The notes under the pieces are model-generated. The model worked only from the letters and a program-made list of their open reading frames with translations, ran no database searches and was not told the origin of the DNA. From contig LCCV01000004.1 of assembly GCA_000998135.1 (NCBI GenBank), positions 85,681 through 149,680 of the forward strand: 64,000 nt of DNA. Direction: 5' to 3'. A program made the position numbers and the translations under genes. Below are positions 54,721 to 63,599 of this stretch, piece after piece. This DNA comes from Parcubacteria group bacterium GW2011_GWA2_42_14. GTDB taxonomy: Bacteria > Patescibacteriota > Minisyncoccia > Sungbacterales > GWA2-42-14. Position 1 is the first letter of the stretch; each line of letters starts with the position of its first letter.

Positions 54721-54888
54721 ATGGCAGAAGAAAAACTTTTTAAATGCGCCAAGTGCGCGAAAGAAAAAAAGAAAGAAGAGGGGATGTATGTGCTTGAAGG
54801 CACGGCTTTTTGTTGCAAAGAATGTTGCGGTGTTCCGTCAAAGAACGAGCGCAAAGAGAAGAAGGCGAACGTTTGCGAATTCTGCTAA
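54721..54888 (+). CDS. small 8-Cys protein (55 aa; zinc-ribbon/metallothionein-like)
   Basis: MAEEKLFKCAKCAKEKKKEEGMYVLEGTAFCCKECCGVPSKNERKEKKANVCEFC. Pattern CxxC…CCxxCC…CxxC. Not in the ORF track because under 60 aa. Confidence 0.4.
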   Translation: MAEEKLFKCAKCAKEKKKEEGMYVLEGTAFCCKECCGVPSKNERKEKKANVCEFC

Positions 54889-54912
54889 GCAGCCAATTTA
54901 GCAAAATGACTC

Positions 54913-56151
54913 ATGGAAAAGGTGAAGTATCTAATAATAGGAGGCGGCATTGCCGGCACAACTGCCGCGGAAACAATCCGGCAGAATGACCCTGTCGGAA
55001 CTATTGCCATTGTGTCTGATGAGCCATATCGGCTGTATTCGCGTATCATGCTTTCTAAGCCGAATTTTTTTCTGGAGAAAATTCCTTTTGAAAATGTGTG
55101 GTTGAAAAAAGATTCGTGGTATACGGAAAATAATATAATGCTGCTCGCCCCCAAAAAAGCCATTTCACTTGATACCGTAAAAAAAGAAGTAAAGCTTGAT
55201 GACGGGCAAGTCATCCGTTATGAAAAATTGCTCCTGGCGGTAGGGGGATGCGCGCGCCAGTGGGGAATTAAGGGCAGTGAAAAAAAAGGAATATTTTATA
55301 TTCGGACCCTTGACGACGCTAAGGCAATAATTAGCGCGGTAAAATCATCAGAAAACGCCGTGGCCATCGGAGGGGGGTTTATAAGTTTTGAAATGTGCGA
55401 TATGCTGAAATTGGCGGGAATTAACGTATCACTTATTTTGCGGGAATCATATTTTTGGGAGCCGCTGCTTGATGAACAGTCCGGCAGAATGATTGAGCGG
55501 GCCCTGGAAAAAGGCGGTGTTAAAATTTTTTATAATTCGCAGGTTAAGGAAATAATTGGCGCAGATAAGGTAGAGGAAATTGTATTGGATAACGGCGAAA
55601 AGATTTCCTGCAATATGCTCATGGTCGGTATCGGGGTGGTTTGCCCTTTTGGATGGGTTCAGGCAGGCGGTATTTCCGTTAATCGCGGAATATTGGCCAA
55701 CGAGTATCTGGAAACCGATAAACCGGATATTTGGACGGCCGGGGATTCGGCGGAGTTTAACGATATTATTTTGGGGGAGAGGGTGCAGCTCGGCAACTGG
55801 GTTAACGCTCAAATGCAGGGAAGAATTGCCGGTTTGAATATGTTAGGAAAGCGCAATCCGTTTAAATTGGTATCGTTTTACACCACCCAGGGGTTCGGTA
55901 TAACGATTGCTTTTGTTGGCGACGTAAAACCCGGACAGGATCGTTTGGTAATCGGACGCGGTTTACCGGATTCCGGCTCTTATGGAAGAATTCTTGTTAA
56001 AGACGGAGAGATCATGGGCGCTACGCTTATCAACCGCACTTCGGAACTGGGCGCGATTTCCAAACTTATTGAAAAAGATATAAAAGTTTCCGGACATGAA
56101 AAGGAACTTGGCGACGCTAATTTTGACCTTAAGAAATTAATCAATGGATAA
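54913..56151 (+). CDS. FAD-dependent pyridine nucleotide-disulfide-family oxidoreductase (rubredoxin/ferredoxin-reductase- or AIF-like), probable hydrogenase diaphorase partner
   Basis: N-terminal FAD motif YLIIGGGIAGTTAAE. Second Rossmann AVAIGGGFISFEMCDMLKLAG. TAGD motif. No redox-active Cys pair. Stop overlaps the hydrogenase small-subunit start. Confidence 0.65.
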   Translation: MEKVKYLIIGGGIAGTTAAETIRQNDPVGTIAIVSDEPYRLYSRIMLSKPNFFLEKIPFENVWLKKDSWYTENNIMLLAPKKAISLDTVKKEVKLDDGQVIRYEKLLLAVGGCARQWGIKGSEKKGIFYIRTLDDAKAIISAVKSSENAVAIGGGFISFEMCDMLKLAGINVSLILRESYFWEPLLDEQSGRMIERALEKGGVKIFYNSQVKEIIGADKVEEIVLDNGEKISCNMLMVGIGVVCPFGWVQAGGISVNRGILANEYLETDKPDIWTAGDSAEFNDIILGERVQLGNWVNAQMQGRIAGLNMLGKRNPFKLVSFYTTQGFGITIAFVGDVKPGQDRLVIGRGLPDSGSYGRILVKDGEIMGATLINRTSELGAISKLIEKDIKVSGHEKELGDANFDLKKLING

Positions 56152-56632
56152 TGAACATAAGAAAATTAAAATCGGGTGGTTCACTTTTTCTTGCTGTGAG
56201 GACAATACTATTGTGATGACGGAAATTATGAACGACCATTGGCAGGAGTGGAAAAAACTTTTTGATTTCAGGCACGCCAATGTTCTTAAATCTAAAAATA
56301 TCCTTGATGAGTTGGATATCGCTTTTGTAGAGGGGGCGATAGCTTCGGAAAAGCATGCGGAGAAACTCCGTGAAATAAGGGAAAAATCAAAGAAATTGGT
56401 GGCGGTGGGCGCTTGCGCCGTTGTCGGGATGCCGGCGGCCCAGAGAAACTATTTTAACGAACAGCAAAAGCAGGAAATAGAATTTTTAGTCGCGCGTTTT
56501 GCGGCACTTCCCAAAGTGCTTAAGGTTTCCGATGTCGTGAAAGTGGACGCCGAAGTGGGAGGATGCCCCATGGACCCTGATAAATTTTTGACGGCCGTTG
56601 CCGGTCTCGTTGAAGAGTTAAAAAAGGTTTAG
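56144..56632 (+). CDS. [NiFe]-hydrogenase small subunit, minimal (proximal 4Fe-4S cluster only; HoxY/delta-like)
   Basis: 162 aa. No Tat signal. Four Cys in the expected spacing (FSCCED, GACAV, GGCPMDP). Directly upstream of the large subunit. Confidence 0.6.
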   Translation: MDNEHKKIKIGWFTFSCCEDNTIVMTEIMNDHWQEWKKLFDFRHANVLKSKNILDELDIAFVEGAIASEKHAEKLREIREKSKKLVAVGACAVVGMPAAQRNYFNEQQKQEIEFLVARFAALPKVLKVSDVVKVDAEVGGCPMDPDKFLTAVAGLVEELKKV

Positions 56633-56643
56633 TTTTAAACACT

Positions 56644-57939
56644 ATGCACACAGTTGATTTAGATTTAAATTTGGATCGTCTGACAAAAGTTGAAGGTTCA
56701 GCTTCGCTTGAAATAAGGGTGCGCGGTGGAAAAGTTGAATACGCGCGTTTTAAAATTAATGAATACAAGCGTTTTTTTACCAAGGCCTTGGAAGGAAAAC
56801 CGATTATAGCCCTTCCTCAGCTTTTGTCGCGAATCTGCGGCACTTGTTCCAATGCCCATATTCTTGCTTCTATCGAGGCCTGCGAACACGCTTTGGATAT
56901 TGAGCCCTCGGAGCAGACAAAAATTTTGCGCGATTTGACCATGGACGGTTTGAATATCCGCGACCATGCGCTTCATTTGTATCTTTTTTCCATGCCCGAT
57001 ATATTCGGGAAAGACGCGTTTCTTGATTTTGATGAGAATAATCCTGTGGAGCACCAGATGCTTCATGACGGTTTTGAAATAAAAGCCGCGGGAAATTTTC
57101 TTGCTTCTCTTATTGCCGGAAGAAGCGTTCACGCGACCTATCCCGTGGTGGGAGGATTTACGCATTTTCCGGAAAAAGACGGGATTGAAGAAGCGGTTAA
57201 AAAACTTGAAGCCGCGCGTCCGGCGGTGTTGCGGCTGATAGATGTTTTTAAAAATTGTCCTTTCAGTTTTGACCGTCAAACCAAATTTATGGCTCTTGTG
57301 CCCAAGGACAAATACGGTTTTATTGACGGATGCATTCAGACCGGCGAAGGGGAGTGCATAGAGGAAAGGGACTATCGCGAGCATCTGGAGCATGTTGTTT
57401 TGCCTTATTCACAGGCATCGGCCTATAAGCATTCGCGCGGTTCTTATATGGTAGGGGCTCTGGCGCGAGTTAATCTTGCTAAACATCTTTTACATCCTAA
57501 AACCAAAGAAATGCTTGCGGATACTCTGAGTATTTTTCCTTCAACGGACGTATTCCGCAACAATTTGGCGCAAGCCGTGGAAATTCTCCATTGCCTTGAT
57601 AGCGCGCTGGAAATACTGAAGACCTTTGAGTTCAAGGCGGAGCCGGTAATTAAAAAACCGCCTCGCGAGGCGGTCGGCGTGGGAGTGGTGGAAGCTCCCA
57701 GAGGAACGCTCTATCACCAGTATCATTTGGCAAAAAGCGGCATAGTTACCGAGGGCGAAGTAATTGTGCCGACCGGACAAAACCAGATAAATATAGAAGA
57801 GGACATATTTGCGCTTGTGCAAAAATTGCTTCCGTCGGCGGAAAAAGAGCAGATTCAATTTGAAGTTGAAAAGCTTATCCGGGCGTATGACCCTTGCATG
57901 AGCTGTGCCGCGCATTTTCTTAAAGTAAAGTGGAATTAA
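56644..57939 (+). CDS. [NiFe]-hydrogenase large subunit (group 3-like, cytoplasmic)
   Basis: N-terminal L1 motif RICGTCSNAH. C-terminal L2 motif DPCMSCAAHF followed by a short extension. Both verified in the DNA. Confidence 0.85.
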   Translation: MHTVDLDLNLDRLTKVEGSASLEIRVRGGKVEYARFKINEYKRFFTKALEGKPIIALPQLLSRICGTCSNAHILASIEACEHALDIEPSEQTKILRDLTMDGLNIRDHALHLYLFSMPDIFGKDAFLDFDENNPVEHQMLHDGFEIKAAGNFLASLIAGRSVHATYPVVGGFTHFPEKDGIEEAVKKLEAARPAVLRLIDVFKNCPFSFDRQTKFMALVPKDKYGFIDGCIQTGEGECIEERDYREHLEHVVLPYSQASAYKHSRGSYMVGALARVNLAKHLLHPKTKEMLADTLSIFPSTDVFRNNLAQAVEILHCLDSALEILKTFEFKAEPVIKKPPREAVGVGVVEAPRGTLYHQYHLAKSGIVTEGEVIVPTGQNQINIEEDIFALVQKLLPSAEKEQIQFEVEKLIRAYDPCMSCAAHFLKVKWN

Positions 57940-58309
57940 TGATGGCGGAAATTTTTTCCAGCGCTTCTTTTTCGGGTATGTCGGCGGGAACGCCGATTAT
58001 TTTTATTTTTTTGAGTTTGCCGAGTTTTTGAAGAAATTTCAGCTGCGACCATAAATCAAAGTCATGAAGTGATATGTGAGGATGATTCGTAAAATTTTTC
58101 AGGTCAGAAAAAATTTTGACTTCTTCAATGCCTCGAACGGTATCAATTATAGTCAGCTCTTCCGGTATTTCAAATTCTTCATTCGGGTCTTTTATTTCAA
58201 ACCGGATTTTGGGAAAAAGCCGCTTGAGTTCAGGAAGAACGCGAAGCGGTAAAGAATCAAATTCAAGCTCTTGATTGCCGAAAATAAGGATGTGTTTTTT
58301 ATTCTCCAT
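57920..58309 (-). CDS. hydrogenase maturation endopeptidase (HycI/HoxW family), putative
   Basis: ILIFGNQELEFDSLPLRV (GN..xxDDxxG-like), IIDTVRG (DA-like) and LHDFDL (His) fit the maturation-protease pattern. Convergent with the large subunit and overlaps it by ~20 nt. Confidence 0.5.
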   Translation of the reverse strand: MENKKHILIFGNQELEFDSLPLRVLPELKRLFPKIRFEIKDPNEEFEIPEELTIIDTVRGIEEVKIFSDLKNFTNHPHISLHDFDLWSQLKFLQKLGKLKKIKIIGVPADIPEKEALEKISAIINSTLL

Positions 58310-58387
58310 GGCATTTTTGTTACTTATTGACTAGCCCGCAGGGATTATATACTATAATCCGTAGTACCAAACAATAGGAGGTGTTGC

Positions 58388-58669
58388 ATGTCACAGCCAT
58401 TATTGCCGTGGGATTCTCCTGAAGATGCCAACTATCCCCAACTAGTCTGGCGAAGCAAGCTTGATGACATATATCTCATTGAAGTGCGCCACACTAACGG
58501 TTGTGGCGGCAAGTTATTTGTGTTTGACCACAACAATAATGATCAGGAAATTTTTTCTATGGATGTAGATTTATTGTATGGAGCAATATTAGGACCCGAT
58601 GTGGATGATGTCCAAGAATGGCAGGAAAAAGTACTGGACTTCATCGACAATACCTATAACAAACAGTAA
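58388..58669 (+). CDS. hypothetical protein
   Basis: 93 aa, acidic. No recognisable domain. AT-rich context. Confidence 0.3.
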   Translation: MSQPLLPWDSPEDANYPQLVWRSKLDDIYLIEVRHTNGCGGKLFVFDHNNNDQEIFSMDVDLLYGAILGPDVDDVQEWQEKVLDFIDNTYNKQ

Positions 58670-59058
58670 CAACCTCTCTCGTCTAGCTGGCAAACGCCGG
58701 CTTTTTCTTATCTCTATACCCCATGACACCTTTTATATTCTTGACTATAGTATATTGATATGATAAGTTTTGGTAAGTTCCTGAACACATAGACGGAGGT
58801 TCGCCATGTTTATAGGTACTCATTGTGGTAAAAAATCTGTTTATTGGAATGAAGGTGAACGTTCTACTTTACAGCGAATTATTGAGATTGCAAAAGTGGA
58901 ATTTCCTGATATTCCATATGAACAATTGGTTCTTGAGGCCGATTTAGATAATGACGGTAAGAGTATTTGTGCCGGAACAATACTTCATCAGTTATAGCCC
59001 TATATGGGCTTTTTTCTTATATTTCTTCCACCGCGATAGTTATAAGAATGTTGGTGGT

Positions 59059-59838
59059 TTAAATGGTTTGATTGGCGAGCTCAAGATGGCGCAGGGTGTA
59101 TTTTTTAAGCATTCCTGCCTGCCTTGGCGTTATTTTTTCGCAAATCACTCCCCAGTGAATGGAAACGAGGTCGCCTGTTTTTAATTCTTCAATGTCTCTG
59201 TCCGATTCCAAACTAATGGCGATTTTGGTTGTTTGGGGACTGCCTAAAATAAGTTTTCCGTCCCGATATAATAAAGGTTCGTGTTTTACCATCAGGAATG
59301 GTCCGTTTCTGGCTGTAATTTTTCCCCAGCTTATGCGGCAGGAATCCATGGATTCAAGAGTATGTTCCCGCTCAAGATGGCCGGTTCTTTTCCAGATATC
59401 CAGTACGTGAAAAGAGTGATTGGGAACTCCGCCTTTTTTTATTTTATTGGCTACTACTTCAAAAGATTTGTTACCTATTTTCTTTTTAATTTCTTGTTCT
59501 TCAAGAAGATGGCGCCAGAATTTCTTTTTTTCAACCGTTTCCAACAATTCGTTTCCCAGCCAATAGGCCTCCACTACGCGATTATCAAACGGGTCGCGGA
59601 TGCTGTTGGCATCAGCAATAAGCCGGAGATACGGATACATTGTTTTAAAGGCCTTAAGCAGGATTTCAAGTCCCGGGTCGCCCGCCCTCTCTTTAATGTA
59701 TGAAAAAATTTCCCGATTGGCATCGGGACCGCAATAGTGAAGCCGGTTCGGTCCGAAAGCATATCGGCTACACATTAAGAGGCCGTCATAGAGATGCTGT
59801 GGAGATTCTGCGGCTGAATTTTGAGTAAATATTTTCAA
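59059..59838 (-). CDS. hypothetical protein (conserved-looking, no family assigned)
   Basis: 259 aa. The N-terminal 17 codons overlap the EamA gene end, so the true start may be an internal Met. Confidence 0.35.
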   Translation of the reverse strand: MKIFTQNSAAESPQHLYDGLLMCSRYAFGPNRLHYCGPDANREIFSYIKERAGDPGLEILLKAFKTMYPYLRLIADANSIRDPFDNRVVEAYWLGNELLETVEKKKFWRHLLEEQEIKKKIGNKSFEVVANKIKKGGVPNHSFHVLDIWKRTGHLEREHTLESMDSCRISWGKITARNGPFLMVKHEPLLYRDGKLILGSPQTTKIAISLESDRDIEELKTGDLVSIHWGVICEKITPRQAGMLKKYTLRHLELANQTI

Positions 59839-60709
59839 TTGTTTTTGAAATAATCAGGATTCCCGCAATCATTATCACCGCCTGTATTAATGTTTTGCCG
59901 GGAAAAATATGCGTAACAAAAATTGAATTAAGAATTGCCGTGATGGGCGCCGCTATGACAAGGACGGAACTAACAACCGTTGCCGGAGCGTATTTAAGAG
60001 CGGCATACCAGGTTGTTACGTAACCGAAAAGCAATGCGCCGGTTAAAATCGCCCATCCGGCTTGTTCTGTTGACGCCGGAATAAGGGCGGAAATTTTTCC
60101 GGTGATTGCAAGAAACAGAAGAAGAAACAAAGAACCGAAAAACATTCTTGCCCAGCCGGCAATAGACGGCGAAATTTCTTTAAGAACTTTTTTGGCGATT
60201 ATATTTTCAACTGCCCAAAACAAAGTTGCTAAAAGCGCTAAAACGGATCCGGTTCCGAATTTCCAGTTTGCGGGCGAATCAAACATAAAAATTCCTAAAA
60301 ATAATATTCCCAGGGCGGCAAACTGAATTGAACTTATCCGTTCTTTAAGAAATGGATAGGAAAATAAAGCGACCCATAAAAACAAGGTTTTGTGGATGAA
60401 AGCCGCTTCTGTGGCCGAAATCATGGTAAGCGATTTGAAAAATAGCAGAAAGGGAATGGAGCCGCCTATAATCCCAATGAGGATAAGTTTGAGCCACAGC
60501 CTTCGAGAAAGTCCTTTTAGTTCCGGAATTTTTCGCAATAGCATAATCAGGCCGGTAAGAAGAACGGCGGTTGCGATATTTTTTGCCGTAGTATAAGCAT
60601 AAGCGTCTTTCCAGAACGCTACCCCGAATTTATTGATAAATACGGCAAAACCGCTGATTAGCGCCGTAAGAAAAGCGAGATTAACTCCTTTAGATAATGA
60701 ATTTTCCAT
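59786..60709 (-). CDS. EamA/DMT-superfamily transporter
   Basis: 10 predicted transmembrane segments in two EamA-like halves. Confidence 0.7.
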   Translation of the reverse strand: MENSLSKGVNLAFLTALISGFAVFINKFGVAFWKDAYAYTTAKNIATAVLLTGLIMLLRKIPELKGLSRRLWLKLILIGIIGGSIPFLLFFKSLTMISATEAAFIHKTLFLWVALFSYPFLKERISSIQFAALGILFLGIFMFDSPANWKFGTGSVLALLATLFWAVENIIAKKVLKEISPSIAGWARMFFGSLFLLLFLAITGKISALIPASTEQAGWAILTGALLFGYVTTWYAALKYAPATVVSSVLVIAAPITAILNSIFVTHIFPGKTLIQAVIMIAGILIISKTIENIYSKFSRRISTASL

Positions 60710-60720
60710 AATTAAGGTTA

Positions 60721-60788
60721 TTATTCTTCGAGTAAGGTCGAGAAGTTAATATTAATGTAAGGTTCTCGACAAGCTCGAACAGTAAAAA
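60721..60788. repeat. modular repeat family H copy 2
   Basis: ttcttcgagtaaggtcgagaagttaatattaatgtaaggttctcgacaagctcgaacagtaaaaa. Confidence 0.6.
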
Positions 60789-61030
60789 CATAACTAATTT
60801 TTGGGATTTTTCCTGATTTTTCCATATTTATTATAGCAATGCCGCCGGGCTTTAGCAAATAGCCATATCCTACATGGGCGAGCCCATCGGGCCTTAGCCC
60901 TTGGTTTTTGGGTAAAATAATTATAGAATATAAGTGGTTCGGGCTGTTTAAAAATTTTGTTATTGTTTCATGTCTGCCTTAATCCTCGCCGCAATTGGCA
61001 AGTATTATCGGTATGAAACAATAAATTTTT

Positions 61031-61507
61031 ATGACAAAGTCGCAAAAAGTATCATTGTTTTTGCTTCGCGTGTCTTTGGGCTGGCTTTACTTTTATGCCG
61101 GTATTACCAAAGTTATAAATCCCGAATGGTCGGCGGCGGGATACCTTAAGGGGGCAAAAATTTTTGCCGGATTTTATCAGTGGCTGGCAGGTTCCGATAT
61201 TTTACCGGCAGTTAATTTTATTAATGAGTGGGGGTTGCTACTTCTCGGCGTTTCCCTGATTTTGGGTATTGCTGTGCGTTTGTCGTCTATGCTCGGCGTG
61301 ATGCTGATGATGCTTTATTATATTCCGATTCTTGATTTCCCGTATCCCAATCCGCATTCTTATTTGGTCGATGAACATATTATTTATGCGTTTGTTTTAA
61401 TTTTGTTTGCGAGTTTAAGGGCCGGCCGTATCTGGGGTTTGGAAAATTGGTGCTCGGGTCTTCCGATTTGTTCCAGATTTCCGAAACTTCGAGATTGGCT
61501 TGGTTAA
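61031..61507 (+). CDS. DoxX-family membrane protein
   Basis: LLRVSLGWLYFYAGITKV… DoxX N-terminal pattern. 4 transmembrane segments. Confidence 0.6.
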   Translation: MTKSQKVSLFLLRVSLGWLYFYAGITKVINPEWSAAGYLKGAKIFAGFYQWLAGSDILPAVNFINEWGLLLLGVSLILGIAVRLSSMLGVMLMMLYYIPILDFPYPNPHSYLVDEHIIYAFVLILFASLRAGRIWGLENWCSGLPICSRFPKLRDWLG

Positions 61508-61512
61508 GTCTT

Positions 61513-61838
61513 ATGAAATTTGGCCTAATTTTGCAATCAAATAAACCTGAACATGTGTGGAACACGTTCCGTTTCGGAATTACTGCGCTTAAGGGCGGCA
61601 TCGAGTGGAAATTTTTTTGATGAATGAGGGTTCGGAGTTAGATACTATTCCTGGTAGCAAAAATTTTGATATTTCCGCGAAAGTGGCGGAATTCAAAGGG
61701 TTGATGGGCGAGATTTATGCCTGCGGCACTTGTCTTGAATTGCGCGGTAAAGGTGAAAGCAATGTATGTCCGGTTTCCACAATGTCCGACCTGCTTAAAA
61801 TGGTCGAGGGCTCGGATAAAGTTTTAGTTTTTGGTTAA
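61513..61838 (+). pseudogene. DsrE/DsrF(YchN)-like gene interrupted by frameshift at a T7 homopolymer
   Basis: ORF1 MKFGLILQSNKPEHVWNTFRFGITALKGGIEWKFF* (61513-61620). ORF2 in another frame from 61605 …LMNEGSELDTIPGSKNF…GEIYACGTCLELRG…SDKVLVFG. Together about 107 aa matching the DsrE-like fold pattern. Junction at gaaatttttttgatg. Confidence 0.45.
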
Positions 61839-62619
61839 TTACATGATTATGAAAAAATATATTTTATTATCGTCAATTTTTGTTTTCATACTTCTTTTTG
61901 CGCGAACAGGTAATGGTCAAATGATGACGCAGAGTTTGGACGGAGCTATTGCCGGTGACCACACTAAAAAAGAAGAGGCCGAAGGAAAAGAAATTTGGGA
62001 AAAACTTCAGGCCAAAACTTTGACTTGCGCGGATTTATCGGAAGAAGATTATGAAGTTCTCGGCGAATATTTTATGGGTCAAATGCTCGGAGAATCGCAC
62101 TCCGCCATGAACCAGATGATGATACAGATGATGGGAGAAGAAGGAGAAGAAAAAATGCACGCTGTTTTAGGAAAGCGTTCATCAGGATGTGAAACCGGAG
62201 CGGCTCTCCTTCCCAAAGAAATAAGCGGGTTCATGCCCATGATGCAGATGTTGTCGCCGTTGTTGGGCGGAGGTTTTGATGCCGGGAGTTCGCCTTCCGG
62301 AAATTTTCCGTTTATGCAGGGAATGATGGGAAAAGGATGGGGGTGGTCGCTTTTGAATTATTTGAGCCCTATGGGATTTTTAACTCCGTTGATGAATTGG
62401 GGAATGCCGTTTGGTATCTGGTGGGGGATTGTTTTTATGCTTTTATGGTGGGTTTTGGTTATTGTGGGCTTTATTGTTTTGGTAAGATGGGTGGCAAAAA
62501 AGAACCGCACCCAGGAACATCATGTTGAAAAATCAGCTTTGGATATATTGCAGGAAAGATACGCCAAGGGAGAAATAAACAAGCAGGAATTTGAGGAAAA
62601 AAGAAAAGATTTATCCTGA
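61831..62619 (+). CDS. Met-rich membrane protein with C-terminal SHOCT domain
   Basis: Signal/transmembrane N-terminus. Met-rich motifs (MNQMMIQMMGEEGEEKMHA, FMPMMQM, FMQGMMGKGW). Transmembrane segment. C-terminal SHOCT-like SALDILQERYAKGEINKQEFEEKRKDL. Confidence 0.5.
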   Translation: MVNYMIMKKYILLSSIFVFILLFARTGNGQMMTQSLDGAIAGDHTKKEEAEGKEIWEKLQAKTLTCADLSEEDYEVLGEYFMGQMLGESHSAMNQMMIQMMGEEGEEKMHAVLGKRSSGCETGAALLPKEISGFMPMMQMLSPLLGGGFDAGSSPSGNFPFMQGMMGKGWGWSLLNYLSPMGFLTPLMNWGMPFGIWWGIVFMLLWWVLVIVGFIVLVRWVAKKNRTQEHHVEKSALDILQERYAKGEINKQEFEEKRKDLS

Positions 62620-62669
62620 ATTACTAAGTCGGAGCAACACTGAGTGTTGCTACTGCGAAAGATTGAGTA

Positions 62670-62705
62670 AATAGAAAAGAGCCCCTCCGCAAGCATGCGG
62701 AGGGG
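62670..62705. terminator. bidirectional rho-independent terminator agcccctccgc-aagcat-gcggagggggct + T7
   Basis: Perfect 11-12 bp GC-rich stem followed by TTTTTTT. Lies between convergent genes. Confidence 0.7.
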
Positions 62706-62715
62706 GCTTTTTTTA

Positions 62716-63396
62716 TCATGCGTGTTTTAAATAAATGTTTCCGAGGTTGTGAAATACTTTTTCGCAGGCGTCTGTCGCTTCCTCCATTTTTTCCGCGATT
62801 TCACGGCGTTGGCGCGTGTGGTTGTATGAGTCAAAGACCGCCTGTAGCTCTTTTTTACTTAGATATTCGCTGGCGCCTTGCGTCAGTATGTCCGATACAG
62901 AAATTTCATAACTGTCGGCAATGATGTCTTTTACCAGTTTGTCGGCGTTGTGCTCGCACTTTTTCATTTTGATTTGCAATTCGTCAACATTTTCAAGTTT
63001 TCGCAGTTTGAATATGCCGTCATATACCTGGATTATTGACAATCTTATGATTTCCAGGAATTTTTTCAGAGCTTCATCGGGAAGAACTTTATAATCAACT
63101 ATTTTTATAACAACTTCTTCCACAAAATCCATTACGTCGTCAATTGCTTGGGCCAGTGCGTAAATATCTTCGCGGTCAATCGGGGTTACGAAAGTTTGGC
63201 CGGCTTTTACTATTATTTCTTTGGTGATGGAGTCGCAATTTTGTTCAAGTTCCTGAATCTGTTTTTCCCATAAAGGTTCTATATGTCGGTTTGACGCAAT
63301 TTCCAATAAAATTGGCAGGCATGCTTTAATAGCTTTAGCCTGTTTTTCAAACAGGTCGAAAAACTTTTCTTCCTTGGGAATGATTCTAAACATCAT
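62716..63396 (-). CDS. DUF47-family protein (PhoU-like, phosphate-transport-regulator related)
   Basis: FFDLFEKQAKAI…ITKEI…VTPIDREDIYALAQAIDDVMDFVEEV matches the DUF47/TIGR00153 helical pattern. Confidence 0.65.
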   Translation of the reverse strand: MMFRIIPKEEKFFDLFEKQAKAIKACLPILLEIASNRHIEPLWEKQIQELEQNCDSITKEIIVKAGQTFVTPIDREDIYALAQAIDDVMDFVEEVVIKIVDYKVLPDEALKKFLEIIRLSIIQVYDGIFKLRKLENVDELQIKMKKCEHNADKLVKDIIADSYEISVSDILTQGASEYLSKKELQAVFDSYNHTRQRREIAEKMEEATDACEKVFHNLGNIYLKHA

Positions 63397-63599
63397 TTTT
63401 CCTTTGTTTTTATTAAAGAACTTGTTTGCGCGTCTTTTATATTATACTACGAGGCTAGGAAAATAGCAAGTAGTCCTTTTAATTCTGGCGAAGAACGTAA
63501 TCTGTAATTAAGAAGTAGCCCATAGATTTATAGAACAATTCTATGGAATTGTCCTATGGCGCGATTTTTTGACGACCTTGAGCGCCCGCATGCCATAAA

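Noticed and set aside
56698-57393. 231-aa minus-strand ORF opposite the hydrogenase large subunit
   Set aside because: It is antisense to a gene carrying both NiFe ligand motifs.
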